A stretch of 62,787 nucleotides of DNA, the filler included, from Squatina squatina (taxonomy: Eukaryota): the NCBI GenBank assembly GCA_031763465.1. It is 4 parts of 4 records of this genome, joined end to end, with 100 filler letters (N's around TTAATTAATTAA, not from the genome) between each part and the next. Parts side by side here need not be neighbours in the genome. Positions count along the whole stretch, not along the records: positions 15,678 to 29,735 come from JARFOE010000235.1; positions 29,836 to 48,838 come from JARFOE010000036.1; 2 more parts are not named here. One strand, 5' to 3'. Below the pieces are notes generated by a model. It searched no databases, was not told the origin of the DNA, and saw nothing but the letters and a program-made list of their open reading frames with translations. Both the position numbers and the translations under genes were made by a program. Each line of letters starts with the position of its first letter. The first letter of the stretch is position 1. Shown here one piece after another: positions 26,521-38,329 of the stretch.

Positions 26521-28568
26521 CTCAGGCCTCTTGGTATGGACCTGAAAACAGGCCATATCTAATTTCCACCTCATAATCCCTACAAATTTTGGTGTGCACC
26601 AGGTGTTTAAAGAAAAACTTGGAAGAAATGTGAACAATATAGAAAATTGGATTACGCAGTTTATTCCCTTGTGTGGTAAGGTGCAGCCTCCACTTTTTCT
26701 TGTAATCAAATATTCGACGCCTGAAGAAACCACTTTAGTTCCCTACTATTATCCTGTCTGTGGGAGCTGTAAAAAAGCATCTTCTATTGAACCATGTTTT
26801 TTAGTAGTGAGAGAGCCATAAATAATGTGTGTTATATTGTGAGGGGTATTGAACAGTGAGGATATTTATGATCCTTCCCTACTGATGAAGCCATAAAAAC
26901 AGCCCTATTTGCGTGAAGTACGATAATGTAAATTTACTTGTCATTTAATCATCGAAATAGTCAAAGAAAAATTGTGATGTGGCCGGTTTGCTTGGAATTT
27001 ATTTTTTGTTGATTAGTTTTTATGACGATCTTGCAACATCTGGTGTGTACAAGGATCCAAGAATGCTCATGACTAATGTCCAGCAGATATAAAATCTGGT
27101 GATCAGTTCCGTGAATAATGTTCAGAATCACTCAAGATATGTCAACTTATTTTTGAACATGAAAAATTACTTAAAACTAACCTATGTTCAGCTATCTTAT
27201 ATTTTTGTTCACAACATTAACCATGTTCTCCTGGTGTCTTTGTAAATGTTTATCCCTCAATCAATACCACCAAAACAAATTATCTGGTCATTTATCTCAA
27301 AGCTGTTTGTGGGAGTTTGCTGTGTGCAAATTGGCAGCTGTGAAACACTTTGAGAAAGGCACTACATAAATANNNNNNNNNNNNNNNNNNNNNNNNNNNN
27401 NNNNNNNNNNNNNNNNNNNNNNNNNNNNNNNNNNNNNNNNNNNNNNNNNNNNNNNNNNNNNNNNNNNNNNNNTAAGCAACAAGAAATGCAAGGAGTCAAT
27501 GGATTAAACTAGACATTGTATGACTGATCTGTTTGTGAGTTCAGGTCTGTAACGGCAACCTTTGGTATTAAAAACAAGTAATATTTCACAATGCAGGCAG
27601 ATCTTTCCTGAGGCTGTGGATTACTGCTGAAAACCGTGCTGCATTTACTAGTAAACCGCATCCATCCTGGGTCAGATATAGAGGAATTATATTCTGTCAG
27701 GATAATCTATATATATAAAAAAAAATTAGGCTGTTACCCTCTGAGCACTCCTTACAGGAGTGGTACTGAGTGCATTTGTAGCACTGCTCACTTAAAAACC
27801 AATACAAATGGAGAAGTGTATGAAAAATAGCTTCAAAAAAAATGGAAGAAACTTGTTACCTCTTTTAATTGTCGAGTAACTGCATTCTAATGACTAAAAG
27901 CAGCCATCAGAAGGACAAGGGAGAATTGAGGATTAATCCTGCCTGCATTTGAAATATTACAGCTGTTTATGCACAGTTTACTCAAAACCTGAATTCTTCC
28001 ACAATCTAGGTTGTGAAGAGGGCCTCAATTGATCAAGTGAGTTGGCAGGCAATCGTGCTGTGACGGCATAAAAACATTGCATAAATGAATGGATGGAATG
28101 CTGCAATTGTGTAATGTGAATTGGGATTGAAGAAAAGGGACCAGACAACGGGATGCACTTGGTAACTTGCCATTTTTGAGCAATGTCTTCCTGTAATACA
28201 ATGTCACGATGGAGATAAACTATCAATGCCAGGGAAGACTGTGTTTTCAAAAGATCTTTTCATTCTGTGTGTGTAGTTGCACACAATATTCAAGACTTGC
28301 AAATGAGCTTGTTGATTGAAGTTTGAAATTAATCCAAAGATCTAGGAGGTGATGAACATTGTTCAGACCAATTTAATAATAACACCAGTTATGTGACCTT
28401 AAAAAAAAGTATTTCTTATTGAGAACTGCAACACTGGGTAAGATGGGCTTGCTATATTGGTGGGTCTGTCACCATCCATGTGAGACATGTAAAAAAAACA
28501 CACAAGAAAGAAGGAGCTTGGACTTTCACTCGAAAAAAAATTCTTGCAAATGAAAAGAGAAATAATGT

Positions 28569-29242
28569 GGCCGGATTTTGCAGTAGAAATAACGGTGAGG
28601 TTATCAATGCTCACCACTATTTACGTGGATATCGGACAGCAACCTCCAGTGACCGCTCATGAGCAGTTAAACGTGGAAATCAGCAAGTTGCAGTCTGAGT
28701 TGCCCTGCTTCTCCAGAGGTTGCCCAATAACAGTATCTTGCTGAAAGACTCAGCATTGAACACATGGAAGGTTGTGAAGTTGCTGTACTTACCTGATCGA
28801 TAACACTAAACTCCTAAAAAAAAAAGTTAGTGATCATCTGCTGCAGTGTAAGTACCTTTTTAACAGTGCGACAAATCTTAATTATTGCCAAACAACCTCT
28901 CTGACATTGAAAATTAGCGTTTACAAGTGTGGAGTCTAACTTCTTCATATTTTAATTAATGTATTGAACTTTTAAAACTTTTTCTTTGTCTTTTTTTTTA
29001 CCTTTCTTTTGATTCCTGTACCTGATTTGATATTGAATTCTAACTGACACTTTCTGGTTCAGACTCTCCACTGCTCACGAACAATTCTTCAATCAGATTG
29101 GTTAAGGAGATACACAGTTGCTTGTCCTGTTGACACAGGTCCCAGCACTTCTTCGATAGTTGGTTGACAGGACCTTCTAGTGCTGAAGGCCATAGAAAGT
29201 ATTTGGGCAAGTGCAAGTGTGGCCTCCCCGCAAAATCCGGCT
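28569..29242. mobile_element. MITE-like non-autonomous DNA transposon (Harbinger-type termini)
   Basis: Perfect 12-bp inverted repeats GCCGGATTTTGC (28570-28581) and GCAAAATCCGGC (29230-29241) around a non-coding interior; TSD not clean. Confidence 0.7.
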
Positions 29243-29300
29243 TAAGGATTGTTTTTTTTGTTTGAGTTCCTTTAAATATAATGGTATTCTCTCTTTCCAG

Positions 29301-29358
29301 GTTAGATCAGGTGATCATTCATGTGGGTTCCTTGAGTATTAAAGAATCGCAACAGTTG
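29301..29358 (+). CDS. NPL: N-acetylneuraminate lyase exon (LDQVIIHVGSLSIKESQQL)
   Basis: Strong acceptor ttctctctttccAG and donor GTgagc; matches recalled human NPL KLDQVIIHVGALSLKESQEL; not in the ORF track. Confidence 0.9.
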
Positions 29359-29559
29359 GTGAGCTTCAATAATTTAATAAATATACTAGCTGTAGTTACA
29401 TTCCATGTAGCTATTTGTTTCTATTTTTTAAAAAAATTACAGATAACTTAAATAACTGAGCTGTAAAGAACATCCTTGAATGCTGAAAATCTGTACTGCC
29501 TGGATATCACAAATAAAATCTGGAAATGCACAGAAGATTCAGCAGAATCTGAAAAGTTG

Positions 29560-29735
29560 GGGGGAAGGGCTCAACGGAATCAATGGCCTACTCCTGTTTC
29601 TATGTTTTTATTTTTCCAGATGCTGATTCAATAGTGCATTTAGAAACATAGAAAATAGGAGCAGGAGTAGGCCATTCGGCCCTTCGGGCCTGCTCCGCCA
29701 TTCAATATGATCATGGCTGATCATCTAATTCAGTA
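29560..29735. mobile_element. Two CR1 3' ends in opposite orientation
   Basis: aatggcctactcctgtttctatgttt (+) and tagaaacatagaaaataggagcaggagtaggccattcggccc (-). Confidence 0.7.
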
Positions 29736-29835
29736 NNNNNNNNNNNNNNNNNNNNNNNNNNNNNNNNNNNNNNNNNNNNTTAATTAATTAANNNNNNNNN
29801 NNNNNNNNNNNNNNNNNNNNNNNNNNNNNNNNNNN
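29736..29835. other. Artificial spacer: 44 N + TTAATTAATTAA + 44 N
   Basis: Linker at 29780-29791. Confidence 0.95.
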
Positions 29836-29934
29836 TTGTCCTGTCGTTTGGTACCTGTGCAGCTTTCGGTGCAGCTCAATGTGAGCAGCATTGCAGAGAC
29901 TGACCCCTGGAGGGGCCAAAAACCTAGTCATTAA

Positions 29935-30244
29935 CTGCTGGTGGCAGAGAGTCAGAGTCCCTTTCAGAGCGGGTTGATATACTGGTGGTGGGTATCGGAC
30001 TCTCTTTCAGAGGGATCTGATACTCCTGGCAGTGAGTGTGGGCTTCCCAAATCAGAGGCGTCTGATAGCCCTGGCGGCAAGAATTAAAGCCCCGGTCAAC
30101 GAGGTCCAGTACCCCTGGAGGAGAGCGTCGACTTCTACTCAGAGAGTTCTGGCACCCCTGGCAGCAAGTATCTAACTCCCCATTCAGAGGGGTCCAACGC
30201 CCCTAGAGGAGAGCATCGGGCTTCCACTCGGAGGGTTCTGGTAC
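29935..30244 (+). repeat. Degenerate tandem repeat, about 44-bp unit
   Basis: Recurring ccctgg...tcagagg..tctg.tac units, about 7 copies, ending at a 10-N gap. Confidence 0.7.
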
Positions 30245-30396
30245 NNNNNNNNNNCCCCTGTGTGTACATACGTGTCCACGTTTGATGCTGTAGCTGAAAC
30301 AGAATGTATTCCAGGCCTGGGGCAGTGAGTGGGCGTCTAATTCCAGTGAAATAATAATGTTAATTAATAAACAAATTTTAATCTTCCTTACTCCAG

Positions 30397-30546
30397 GAGA
30401 TTGATGGCAAGTCCCTGCTCCTGATGAAGAGGAACGATGTTTTGACAGGACTGGCAATTAAACTGGGCCCTGCACTAAAGATATATGAATATCATATCAA
30501 GGTGCTACAGTTACATCATTTTAACAATGAGGCACCCTCCTGCTGA
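30397..30546 (+). CDS. SAMD1: SAM-domain protein last coding exon, SAMD1-like ([49 protein letters not shown])
   Basis: Acceptor cttccttactccAG; matches the SAMD1/SAMD13 C-terminal SAM domain; HIKVLQ..HF and neighbouring 19p13-type genes favour SAMD1. Confidence 0.78.
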   Translation, partial: EIDGKSLLLMKRNDVLTGLAIKLGPALKIYEYHIKVLQLHHFNNEAPSC

Positions 30547-31359
30547 TCCATGTCTGCCATTGGTAGCAGGCTATCTGCCCTGTACACCCAGCTTATATCT
30601 GCACGCGCTCCACTGCAGCCTCACTTTAATATATTCCCAAATTAAATTCATTCTATTTAAAGTGAAAGGAGGGAAACCACCAGGAATAAGAAGTTTATTT
30701 AAGAAAAAGTGCTGGGTTTGTATAAAGTAGGGTTTGGGAAGTGTTGAAGCCCTTCTCTCACTATCGGACCCACACTGTACAGGAATTCTCCCTTTTCCTT
30801 GGCGTAGCAGAGCTCCCAGTGCCGGGCTCGTTACGGGATCTTGCCTTCTCACCGATGGGAAGGAATCGCCCTGCTGACTGGCTGACGTGGGCGCGATGTT
30901 CTGCAGCTGGGTGAAATGCTGTTCAAACGTAGAAGAGGGGCTCTCTGCAAGACCGGCCCATCATCCTGTTTGACACACACAAGTGCACAAAAAGCATCGC
31001 GAAGCACACTTGGAGGAACTGTGCGGTTTGTCTNNNNNNNNNNNNNNNNNNNNNNNNNNNNNNNNNNNNNNNNNNNNNNNNNNNNNNNNNNNNNNNNNNN
31101 NNNNNNNNNNNNNNNNNNNNNNNNNNNNNNNNNTAGGATAAAAGAATACGGAGACATAGGTTTAAAATGGTGCAAGATAAGTGTAGAAGATATCAGGAAG
31201 AACATTTTTCACAAAAATAGTGATCACTAGCGATGGTCCTCCAGGTTTAATAATAGAGGTGAAAAGTGATTCAAGAGCCAGTTAGATAATATGGTGAGAA
31301 TGTAGATCTTTTGTACAGGATGGACGAGTCAAGATGGACCAAATAGGCTCCCTCAGCTG

Positions 31360-32050
31360 AACAACGGGGAAGATCTGTGATGGGGGGAGGGCAGGATTAA
31401 ATGACAAAAGGGATGATGGTGCAAGGCAAAAGGGTGGAACCATTATCAGCACCTGCTATTCAAGAAAATGGGAGCGATGGTTTTGATCCGCAGTTGTTTA
31501 ACTCAATATTGAGGCTGGAAGGTTATAAAGTGCCTAACTGAAAGATGAATTGCTGTTCCTCGAGCTTGCGCTGAGATTTATTGAAATAGGGTTGGAGGCA
31601 GAGGTCAGAGTGGGAGTGGGTTGGAGAATTAAAACAACAAGCGACCAGAAGCTCAGGGTCACACTTGCGGACTGAACGGAGATGTTCAGCAAAGTGACCC
31701 TGCAATCTACATTTGGTCTCCCCAATGTAGAGGAAACCGCATCGTGAGAGTTGAAAGTTGAAAGAAGTACAAGTAAATTGCTGTTTCATCTGGAAGGTGC
31801 CCCAGAGGGTGGAAAGGGAGGAGGTAAAATGGCAGATGTTGCATCTTCTGCGCTTGCATAAGAAGGTGCCTAGGGAAGGGTGTTGGGGGTGATGCAAGAG
31901 TTCTCCACAATGTCAAAGAGGGAATGGTCCCTTTGGAATGCTGAAAGTGGAGAGATGGAGAAGATTTATTTGATGGTGGCATCATTTGGAGGTGTCAAAA
32001 ATGATGGAGGATGATCTGTTAAATGTGGATGCTTGTGGGTGGAAGGTAGA
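31360..32050 (-). mobile_element. Degenerate Penelope-like retroelement (GIY-YIG)
   Basis: ORF 31523-31897 reads CKRRRCNIC...FTCTS...RCGFLYIGETKCRLQGHFAEHLRSVRK. Confidence 0.85.
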
Positions 32051-32377
32051 CCTTATTGTGGTTTGTGTTTGCCCTCCCATGTAATGTGAAGAGTGCACAC
32101 ATCAGAAAGGGACACCAAGGAGGGACGTCATGGTAACTCACCCTAGAGTTCAGGTTATAAACTGCTTCAGCCTCACTTTTTTGGTTTTAGGTGCCCGTTG
32201 AACCCTCAACATATACTTCCCTGCTTTTGTTTTAATACATTTGTCTGTTGATTTATAGCCTGAGCTGAAGTCTGATAAGAGTGTATATATTCATCTACCT
32301 ACCAAAGATGAGGTGATCATGAGGGTACATGACGTACTCCAGTATAGTGGCAAGGACTCCTTGTTTGACCTCCGAGT

Positions 32378-32821
32378 TTCACTACATTGTGGAGAGACTG
32401 GAGAAGCTGAGATTGTTCTCCTTAAAAGCAGAGAAGGTTAAGAGGAGATTTGGTAAAGGTGTTCAAAACATGAATGGTTTTGACAGAGTCAAAAAGGAGA
32501 AACTATTTCCAGTGGCAGAAGGATCAGTAACCAGAGGATACTGATCTATGGTAATTGGCAAAAGAGTGAGAGGAGATATGAGGAAATTTATTTTTACGTA
32601 GCTAGTTGTGGTGATCCGGAATGCACTGCCTGCAAGTTTGGTGGAAGCAGATTCTATAATAACCTTCAAAAGGGAATTAGATAAATACTTGGAAGAAAAA
32701 AAATTGCAGGGTTATGGGGAAAGAGCAGAGGAATGGGACTAATTAGATAGCTCTTTCAAAGAGCCGGCACAGGCACGATGGCTTGAATGGCCTCCTCTGA
32801 TTGTATTATTCTATGATTCTA
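32378..32821 (+). mobile_element. CR1 LINE 3' end
   Basis: ERLEKLRLFSL, MNGFDRVKKEKLFPVAEGSVTRG, and tattctatgattcta tail. Confidence 0.9.
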
Positions 32822-33274
32822 CATTTATCTAGATATTGGGTACGTAAAGACACAATTGACTTTATAATGGATACAAATTTCATTTATGAGAGCAGCTGGT
32901 GCAATGTAACACTGAACTAAGATAGGCCAGACAGCCCCTCCTCATGCCATGCAAGTACCGCTGTTAATTAAAGCAAAATGCATATTTTATAACTCTTAGG
33001 CCCTCCTTTCAATATCGAGTCAGTCCAAATACGTTCCTATAAATAAGGGAATTAGGAAGTAGTAGCCATATAAATACACACTGCAAAATTACAGTATAGT
33101 ATTTCTGATTCATCAAATACAGATTCTCAAATTTTTGGTGATGCTACAAATGTTGATCTTCTTGTGCGCATCAAACAAGAGTAGGCAGCTACCATGAACA
33201 CTGACACCCAGCATCAGCTGCAACGTCTGAATACTGAACCATTTCCCCGATAAGTAAAATGTGGAGTGCACAGT

Positions 33275-33650
33275 TGAGGGGACTCGGTAGCGTAGTGGTT
33301 AAGTTGCGGAACTNNNNNNNNNNNNNNNNNNNNNNNNNNNNNNNNNNNNNNNNNNNNNNNNNNNNNNNNNNNNNNNNNNNNNNNNNNNNNNNNNNNNNNN
33401 NNNNNNNNNNNNNCCCACAAGGCGTCTTCCCATTCTCCTGGCCAACATTGATCCTTCACGTCAACCTACAACACCAAAAGAGATGATCTGGTCATTTATT
33501 TAATTGTTGTTTTTGGGATATAGTTGTGCACAAATTAAGTGCCCTGTTTCCCCTACTTTAAAACAATGACTACACTTTAATTGTACTTCATTGGCTGTGA
33601 AGCACTTTAGGACGTCCTTAGGATGTGAAAGGCGCTATAGAAATGCAAGC
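33275..33650 (+). mobile_element. DeuSINE (SacSINE1-like) pieces flanking a gap
   Basis: tRNA-like head ggtagcgtagtggtt; 3' body gatctggtcatttat...cattggctgtgaagcactttaggacgtcc...aaggcgctatagaaatgcaag. Confidence 0.65.
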
Positions 33651-33732
33651 GGATGAGTGGTCTGGTTTGGACGAGGCTCCTCTGTACACAGTGATTGAGG
33701 TTTATTGCATTGTGCTCTCTCCTTTCCTGTAG

Positions 33733-33843
33733 GGTAGCGACGGACCACAATGTGGACAACACCACGGCAGTGCTGAGGGAGTGGCTGGTGAATGTACAGA
33801 GATTCTACCATTCTGTCGAGTGGAGACCCATGGATGAGCCAAA
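33733..33843 (+). CDS. COLGALT1: Procollagen galactosyltransferase exon ([36 protein letters not shown])
   Basis: Acceptor cctttcctgtAG and donor GTgagt; matches recalled human COLGALT1 VATDHNMDNTSTVLREWL...YHSVEWRP. Confidence 0.9.
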
Positions 33844-34559
33844 GTGAGTCTAGCTGCTGGCTACATCATTAACCCTTGAGATTCGGGCTGTTTCTTTGCA
33901 CGGGCAGTGACCTTTCTCAATGTGGACAGAGAGCTGCGGACCCATCTGAGAACGGTTTGGCCCTGATAGTTCCCGACAGCAGAGAACCAGATCGAGATGA
34001 TCAATTGCTCCTATAATTTGAGTGGCAACTGCACGAAGTGTTCCCTCACCTCACTCGATCAGGTTGCAGGTACTTCTCCACATGTTTACACAGTGCCATA
34101 TGGCCCCCATACTCCATGGCTATCTGCTGTCCAGTGACACTTACCATTGTAGTATTCGTGCTGGTACTCGCTCACCATATTCAGTGACTTTAGTGAATCC
34201 AGCAGCTTTACCTGGATGTTGCCCATCGGGCTCTATGATCTCAATGGGTGTTTGGATCTCTTGCACTCAATTGCTATGATAATGACTATGGGGAGCAAAG
34301 ATGCTTCCAGTGAAAGACTAGTCTCGTTGGGGTGTTTTTCTACGTTAAAGAAGCTCTATAAAATCAGGCTGTTGACGCTGAAGCTCTTCCCGTATTATCT
34401 TCAGCGGNNNNNNNNNNAGTTTGTGTGGAGCCCCAGTTTGCAGCAGTGTAGCGTGCAGTGTGTACCACAGGAATAGCTCATGGCAATTCCAGGTAAGATA
34501 CAGCTGACAGTATTGGACAGTGTCTTTGTGCTTGTGTGTCTTTTACTTGTTCTTGGGCC

Positions 34560-34800
34560 GTGTGCGGCGCTGGCAAAGGCCGTACTTGCTGCCCATCCCT
34601 AGTTGCCCTAAAATAACGTGCCCATCCCGAGCTGGGTTCTTGTTGAGCCGCTGCAGTCCCGCGATGGCGTTAGGGTCAGGAATTCCAGGATAATGACCCA
34701 GCAACGATGAAGCAACGGCGATACATGTCCAAGTCAGGCTGGTGCGTGCTGTGGATGTGGTGTTCCCCTGATATTGCTGGTCACGTCCTCCTTAGAGGCA
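34560..34800 (-). mobile_element. Probable LINE 3'-region remnant
   Basis: gcccatccctagttgccct...ccgctgcagtcc...ttccagga...gacccagc pattern recalled from abundant shark LINE ends. Confidence 0.5.
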
Positions 34801-35091
34801 GGGCTGGACTACAATACAGAGGGGGATGGAGAAGGTCGGTAAGAGAAATGGCAAAGTGTGGTGTGGTTTAATATTAAGGTGGCCCAGTTAAGGATAGTTA
34901 TCTGATATNNNNNNNNNNNNNNNNNNNNNNNNNNNNNNNNNNNNNNNNNNNNNNNNNNNNNNNNNNNNNNNNNNNNNNNNNNNNNNNNNNNNNNNNNNNN
35001 NNNNNNNNATCTGCCTTGTTTCTGTGATGATAGTTGCAGTCGTGTTGCGCTGTTGAATGGATTGACTGTAATACTTGCTTTTGCTCGGAAG

Positions 35092-35296
35092 GGTTATTAC
35101 AAGCGGACCCCAGCCTATGTCCCGATACGGAAACGCGACCGACTGGGCTGCTTCCCGGTGGTCATGGTCCACTCCACGATGCTGATCGACCTCCGCAAAG
35201 AGGCCTCCAAGCAACTGGCGTTTTACCCCCCGCATCCCGACTACACCTGGTCTTTCGACGACATCATTGTCTTCGCGTTTTCGTGCCGGCAAGCAG
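35092..35296 (+). CDS. COLGALT1: Procollagen galactosyltransferase exon ([68 protein letters not shown])
   Basis: aAG acceptor (35090-1) and GTgagc donor (35297); near-identical to the recalled COLGALT1 segment. Confidence 0.93.
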
Positions 35297-35557
35297 GTGA
35301 GCCACAGGATACGGCCTGCTGTGAATAGACTGAGTGTGTGGAGCTGTGGAGGGGCCTGGGTGGGCAGAGGGCTGACTTTGGGTTCTAATTCTGAGGCTAT
35401 GGAAAAAGATGCATCGCTGCAGTCATCTCTCCATCTCCTATCAAATCCATTAACCATCTTAAACTTAACAGTTCGATCACCCCTTAATAGTCTATTCTTG
35501 ACGGAATACAAGGCTTTTGTATTCCCTTGAATAAAGGAGGTGACTGTTGCCTCTGAT

Positions 35558-36172
35558 AGGAACATAGGAACTGGAAGAAGCCATTCAGCCCCTCGAGCCT
35601 GTTCGTCATTCAATGAGATCATGGCTGATTTGTGACCTAACTCCACCTACCCACCTTTGTCCCATATCCCTTAACACCTTTGGTTAACAGAAAGCTATCA
35701 GTCTCCGATTTAAAATTAACAATTGATCTAACATCGATTGCTGTTTATGGAAGAGAGTTTCAAACTTCTTCCAACCTTTGTGTGTAGACGTGTTTCTTAA
35801 TTTCACTCCTGACTGACCTGGCTCTAATCTGCACTCCACCTCGCTAAAGGTCCTAGGGTTATACAGTGAAGACACTTTGGGGAAAGTTGTGTTGCTGTAG
35901 CCGGGCACGCCACTGAGCTTGGGTTTTAGGGTGACACAGGAGCATCCAGCCCCTCGAGCCTGTTCCATTATTCAGTTAGATCATGGCTGATCTTTATCTT
36001 AACTCCATTTACTCCGTAACCCTTAGGTTTTTGTTAGGCAAGAGTACTATCAACCTCAGTTTTGCAATTTTCAATTGACCCCCGGCCTCAACAGTCTTTG
36101 GGGGGGGGGGAGAGAGAGTTCCAGATTCCCACTTCCCTTTGTGTGAGGAAGTGCTTCCTGACATCACCCCTG
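35558..36172 (-). mobile_element. Two CR1 3'-end fragments
   Basis: Repeated cagcccctcgagcctgtt...gatcatggctga at about 35585 and 35945; RKHFLTQREVGIWNSL on the minus strand. Confidence 0.8.
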
Positions 36173-37043
36173 NNNNNNNNNNNNNNNNNNNNNNNNNNNN
36201 NNNNNNNNNNNNNNNNNNNNNNNNNNNNNNNNNNNNNNNNNNNNNNNNNNNNNNNNNNNNNNNNNNNNNNNNTTTTAAATACATGCAGGCTATCAGATTC
36301 TGATTTAAAATACAGGCCCACCACTCACACCGTCCCCGTTTATACCTGACAGCTTCCGATATCGGGCAAATGGCTGCAAAGCACTTTGGGATGTCCTGAG
36401 GTCATGAAAGACGCTCTATAAATATAATTTCTTTTGATTCTTTTCACTGTTATAGGGTAAGACACAATTATTACCTTGGTGGCTAATTCAATCAAACTCA
36501 ATCATTCTAAACAGCGATGCTTCTACATTAAAATGAACTCTTATAGTCCAGGGACCCTGTACTGTTGATTTGTTCTCCATTCACCTTGCCACTAATTATG
36601 CCAGGAGCCAATAGGAACAGCTCGCAGAATTTACCATCAGATTCTGTTTTTTCAAGAATTTGCTTGGAAGAGATTGCAAGGATAAGCATATATAAATGCT
36701 TTGTATAAATATTGTGCTGTTTGGTATCTTGTTGCATCTTTTTTTGCATCGACATAATTTTATTTCTAAATAAATCTGGCTGGGTAGCTTGGCCTGCATG
36801 CAGTAGTTTGGTGGTGTGTTATTTCCTCCCTTCTGAGGTGACAGAAGCTAATAGCAGGAATTCCATGTATTCTCCAGTGCACGTTTTACTGCAATTTGGA
36901 GTTAATTGTTACACCTGGGCTATGCGAACACATACCAGTGGAGAATAAAGACTCAGGTGGGGTCTGTTATTGGAAACTGGATACAGCCCTGGAACATGCG
37001 GAGAGTATTGGGAGGGAGCTCGAGCTGTAACACTAAATGCTGC

Positions 37044-37320
37044 TCACTCTGTTTCATGGCCTTTCTCCTCACCCATCTTCTTAATCCTGTACTTAAGCTG
37101 CCTTAAGGGGTCTGTGAGACTCTTCCAGGTCCAGTCCTCAAAGTCTTCTGGCAGGAGAAAGTTCCTGTCGATGACCTCGGATGCTTCCCACCAGTTCTTG
37201 AAACAATCCACTCCCATCGTGGAGATCTCTGCTACCCCATTCCTGGTGATGATGTCTCCATTGGGTTTGAGAACGACGATGCTTGGGATGTCCTTGATGT
37301 TGTATTTCTTTCGTAGCTCT
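37044..37320 (-). CDS. NXNL1: Nucleoredoxin-like 1 last exon (RdCVFL C-terminal half)
   Basis: Acceptor ttttgtgttccAG; IPSIVVLKPNGDIITRNG...CFKNWWEASEVIDRNFLLPEDFED...SLTDPLRQLKYR matches NXNL1; TGA at 37046-37044. Confidence 0.9.
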
Positions 37321-37749
37321 CTGGAACACAAAATGTGAACGTTCATTGGAGTCCATGCTACCTTATCAGATCGGCTCCTTGAAGGAGTGAACTGGCACTT
37401 ATATCGTGCCTTTCACCTACGCTTGACATCTTAGAGCAATTCACAGCTCATGAATTGGTTTTAAACTGCAGTCACTTGCAAATGAGGTGGATGGGAAAAA
37501 GATCCCATGGCNNNNNNNNNNNNNNNNNNNNNNNNNNNNNNNNNNNNNNNNNNNNNNNNNNNNNNNNNNNNNNNNNNNNNNNNNNNNNNNNNNNNNNNNN
37601 NNNNNNNNNNNCCATCATGCAAGATTGTAGCCAGTTTGCAATTGGCACCAAGCAGTGGATGTCAGGATGGGGAATAGCAGATTTCAACCAAATCAACTGT
37701 ACAACTCTGAGGATTTCTGCAAATTTGGACAGCAAACATTCTGAGGATA

Positions 37750-37840
37750 TAAACAAAAAATGCTGGAAAAACTCAGCAGGTCAGGCAGCATCTATGGAGA
37801 GAAAAACAGAGTTAATATTTCGGGTCGATGACCCTTCGTC
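37750..37840 (-). mobile_element. Penelope-like terminal repeat fragment with hammerhead-like remnant
   Basis: Matches 4505-4590; minus strand reads GACGA-A-GGGTC-ATC-GACCC-GAAA. Confidence 0.7.
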
Positions 37841-37859
37841 TTTTGGCTCAAGGATTTCA

Positions 37860-38180
37860 GATGGCCTAGTTAGTGGTTTAGTGGGTAAACACATTAACTA
37901 GTGTGATCATGATCTAATCAGATCAGGAAGCTCCCAAGTTTGATCCCCAGTTTGCGCTCAGTAGTTTTGTTTTCTACTTTGGTGGTTTCAGATATACTAC
38001 AATTGACCTCAGCCTCTTTTTGCTAGGCTGGGGATAAACTAGGCAGGGTTCCCATGCCTGATTACTATCCATTGTCTGAAAAGTTCTTGTGTAGGGATAT
38101 AAGGAAGACAGTCTGTAATTCCCCATGGTTGAATAGCTTGAAACGAGGTCACTGGATCTGAAGAATGACCACCTATGAGC
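37860..38180 (+). repeat. Old SINE-like repeat family copy
   Basis: Similar to 25335-25690. Confidence 0.5.
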
Positions 38181-38329
38181 GGCAATGGAGAGCTAAGGTT
38201 ACATAATGCTAATTTATGCCAGTGGCAATGAAACAATCCAGCATGTGTCAGCGTCTTCAGGAGAGGAGGTAGAGCATTGAAAAACCAGAAATTGTGTTCC
38301 CAAGGCTTGCTATGCTGCATTAAACAGAA

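Noticed and set aside
26881-26925. CTGATGA as a possible hammerhead core
   Set aside because: No stem II followed by GAAA.
29935-30244. CRISPR-like spacing of about 44-bp units
   Set aside because: The whole unit is degenerate and homologous between copies, with no constant repeat plus variable spacer structure.
34888-35646. 252-aa minus-strand ORF
   Set aside because: It is the antisense shadow of the GC-rich COLGALT1 exon plus CR1 sequence, and it reads through a gap.
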